Source: Candidatus Zixiibacteriota bacterium (lineage in GTDB: Bacteria > RBG-13-66-14 > B26-G2 > WVWN01). From it: a stretch of 64,000 bases of DNA. Every line of letters starts with the position of its first letter. The first letter of the stretch is position 1. The translations under genes were made by a program, and so were the position numbers. The stretch lies in assembly GCA_030613505.1 (NCBI GenBank), contig JAUWLW010000007.1:6360-70359 (forward strand). The letters are read 5' to 3'. Under the pieces are notes generated by a model. That model did not search any database and was not told the origin of the DNA. It worked only from the letters and a program-made list of their open reading frames with translations. This document shows positions 63,842 through 64,000 of the stretch, one piece after another.

Positions 63842-64000
63842 TCAGTCGGTACGGTGAGTCCGCAAACATTCCGCCACTTGTTCGGGGACGGTAGGGTTTA
63901 TATAAAAACCGGTCCCCCACTCGAAACCCGCAACCTTCGCCAATTTCGGTATTATTTCGATGTGCCAATGGTAGTGTTCCAGCTCGTCCATGCCGCACGG
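63842..64000 (-). CDS. GalT-family (HIT superfamily) hexose-1-phosphate uridylyl/nucleotidyltransferase, C-terminal part only
   Basis: The minus strand reads ...CGMDELEHYHWHIEIIPKLAKVAGFEWGTGFYINPTVPEQVAECLRTHRTD*, with stop at 63842-63844. The HWHIEIIP motif is the GalT C-terminal half-site. The gene continues beyond the window. Confidence 0.55.
   Translation of the reverse strand, partial: PCGMDELEHYHWHIEIIPKLAKVAGFEWGTGFYINPTVPEQVAECLRTHRTD

Overview
This is a 64-kb, high-GC (~60-65%) segment of bacterial chromosome. It is gene dense (~85 CDS, 3 tRNAs), and most genes are housekeeping or core metabolism. No CRISPR array, IS element, integrase or phage module was found.

Gene content in order (all calls are from motifs I recognised by eye; no searches were possible):
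- Nucleoside and methionine salvage: mtnA, deoB, cdd, a thymidine/pyrimidine-nucleoside phosphorylase, apt and nfi.
- yggS, lgt and asnS.
- Two tandem CNNM/CorC transporters sitting behind a truncated ClC channel remnant.
- A DUF4388-GAF/HD-GYP signalling operon.
- A trio of Cys-rich redox-like small proteins (two DUF3795 proteins and a C_GCAxxG_C_C protein).
- Two tandem GT-C-like membrane glycosyltransferase paralogs.
- The conserved lptA-lptB-rpoN neighbourhood, with lpd-lipA inserted before hpf-ptsN-hprK.
- A complete mannose-family PTS (EIIA, EIIB, EIIC, EIID, HPr, EI) with a cytoplasmic GH57 glycoside hydrolase wedged between EIIB and EIIC.
- tsaE-tsaB-rimI.
- A queD-queC-X-queE 7-deazaguanine operon on the minus strand, with coaE.
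- nadA-nadC and a MerR regulator.
- Two tandem tRNA-Pro genes and one tRNA-Arg, each behind a textbook sigma70 promoter.
- A secreted clan-CD-like protein with a T9SS/FlgD-Ig-like C-terminal sorting domain (suggests an FCB-group or candidate-phylum origin).
- A sigma70-family factor, sppA, an HU/IHF homolog, glgA, and a partial GalT-family gene at the right edge.

Most notable finding: the C_GCAxxG_C_C family gene (21692..22165) has an in-frame TGA at exactly the column of the family's first conserved Cys (G-F-N-[TGA]-A-E-A-V). The conserved reading frame continues upstream to an ATG at 21692. A bacterial-SECIS-like hairpin with a GGU-containing apical loop lies 16-30 nt downstream of the TGA. 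Together these indicate a selenocysteine-containing member of this family, placed right after two DUF3795 Cys-rich paralogs.

Other items worth a look:
- A previously unlisted 29-codon, extremely basic ORF (resembling ribosomal protein bS22) 4 nt after the HU/IHF gene.
- An unrecognised gene embedded in the que operon.
- Tandem paralog pairs (lipoproteins, GT-C proteins, CNNM transporters).
- The ClC pseudogene remnant.
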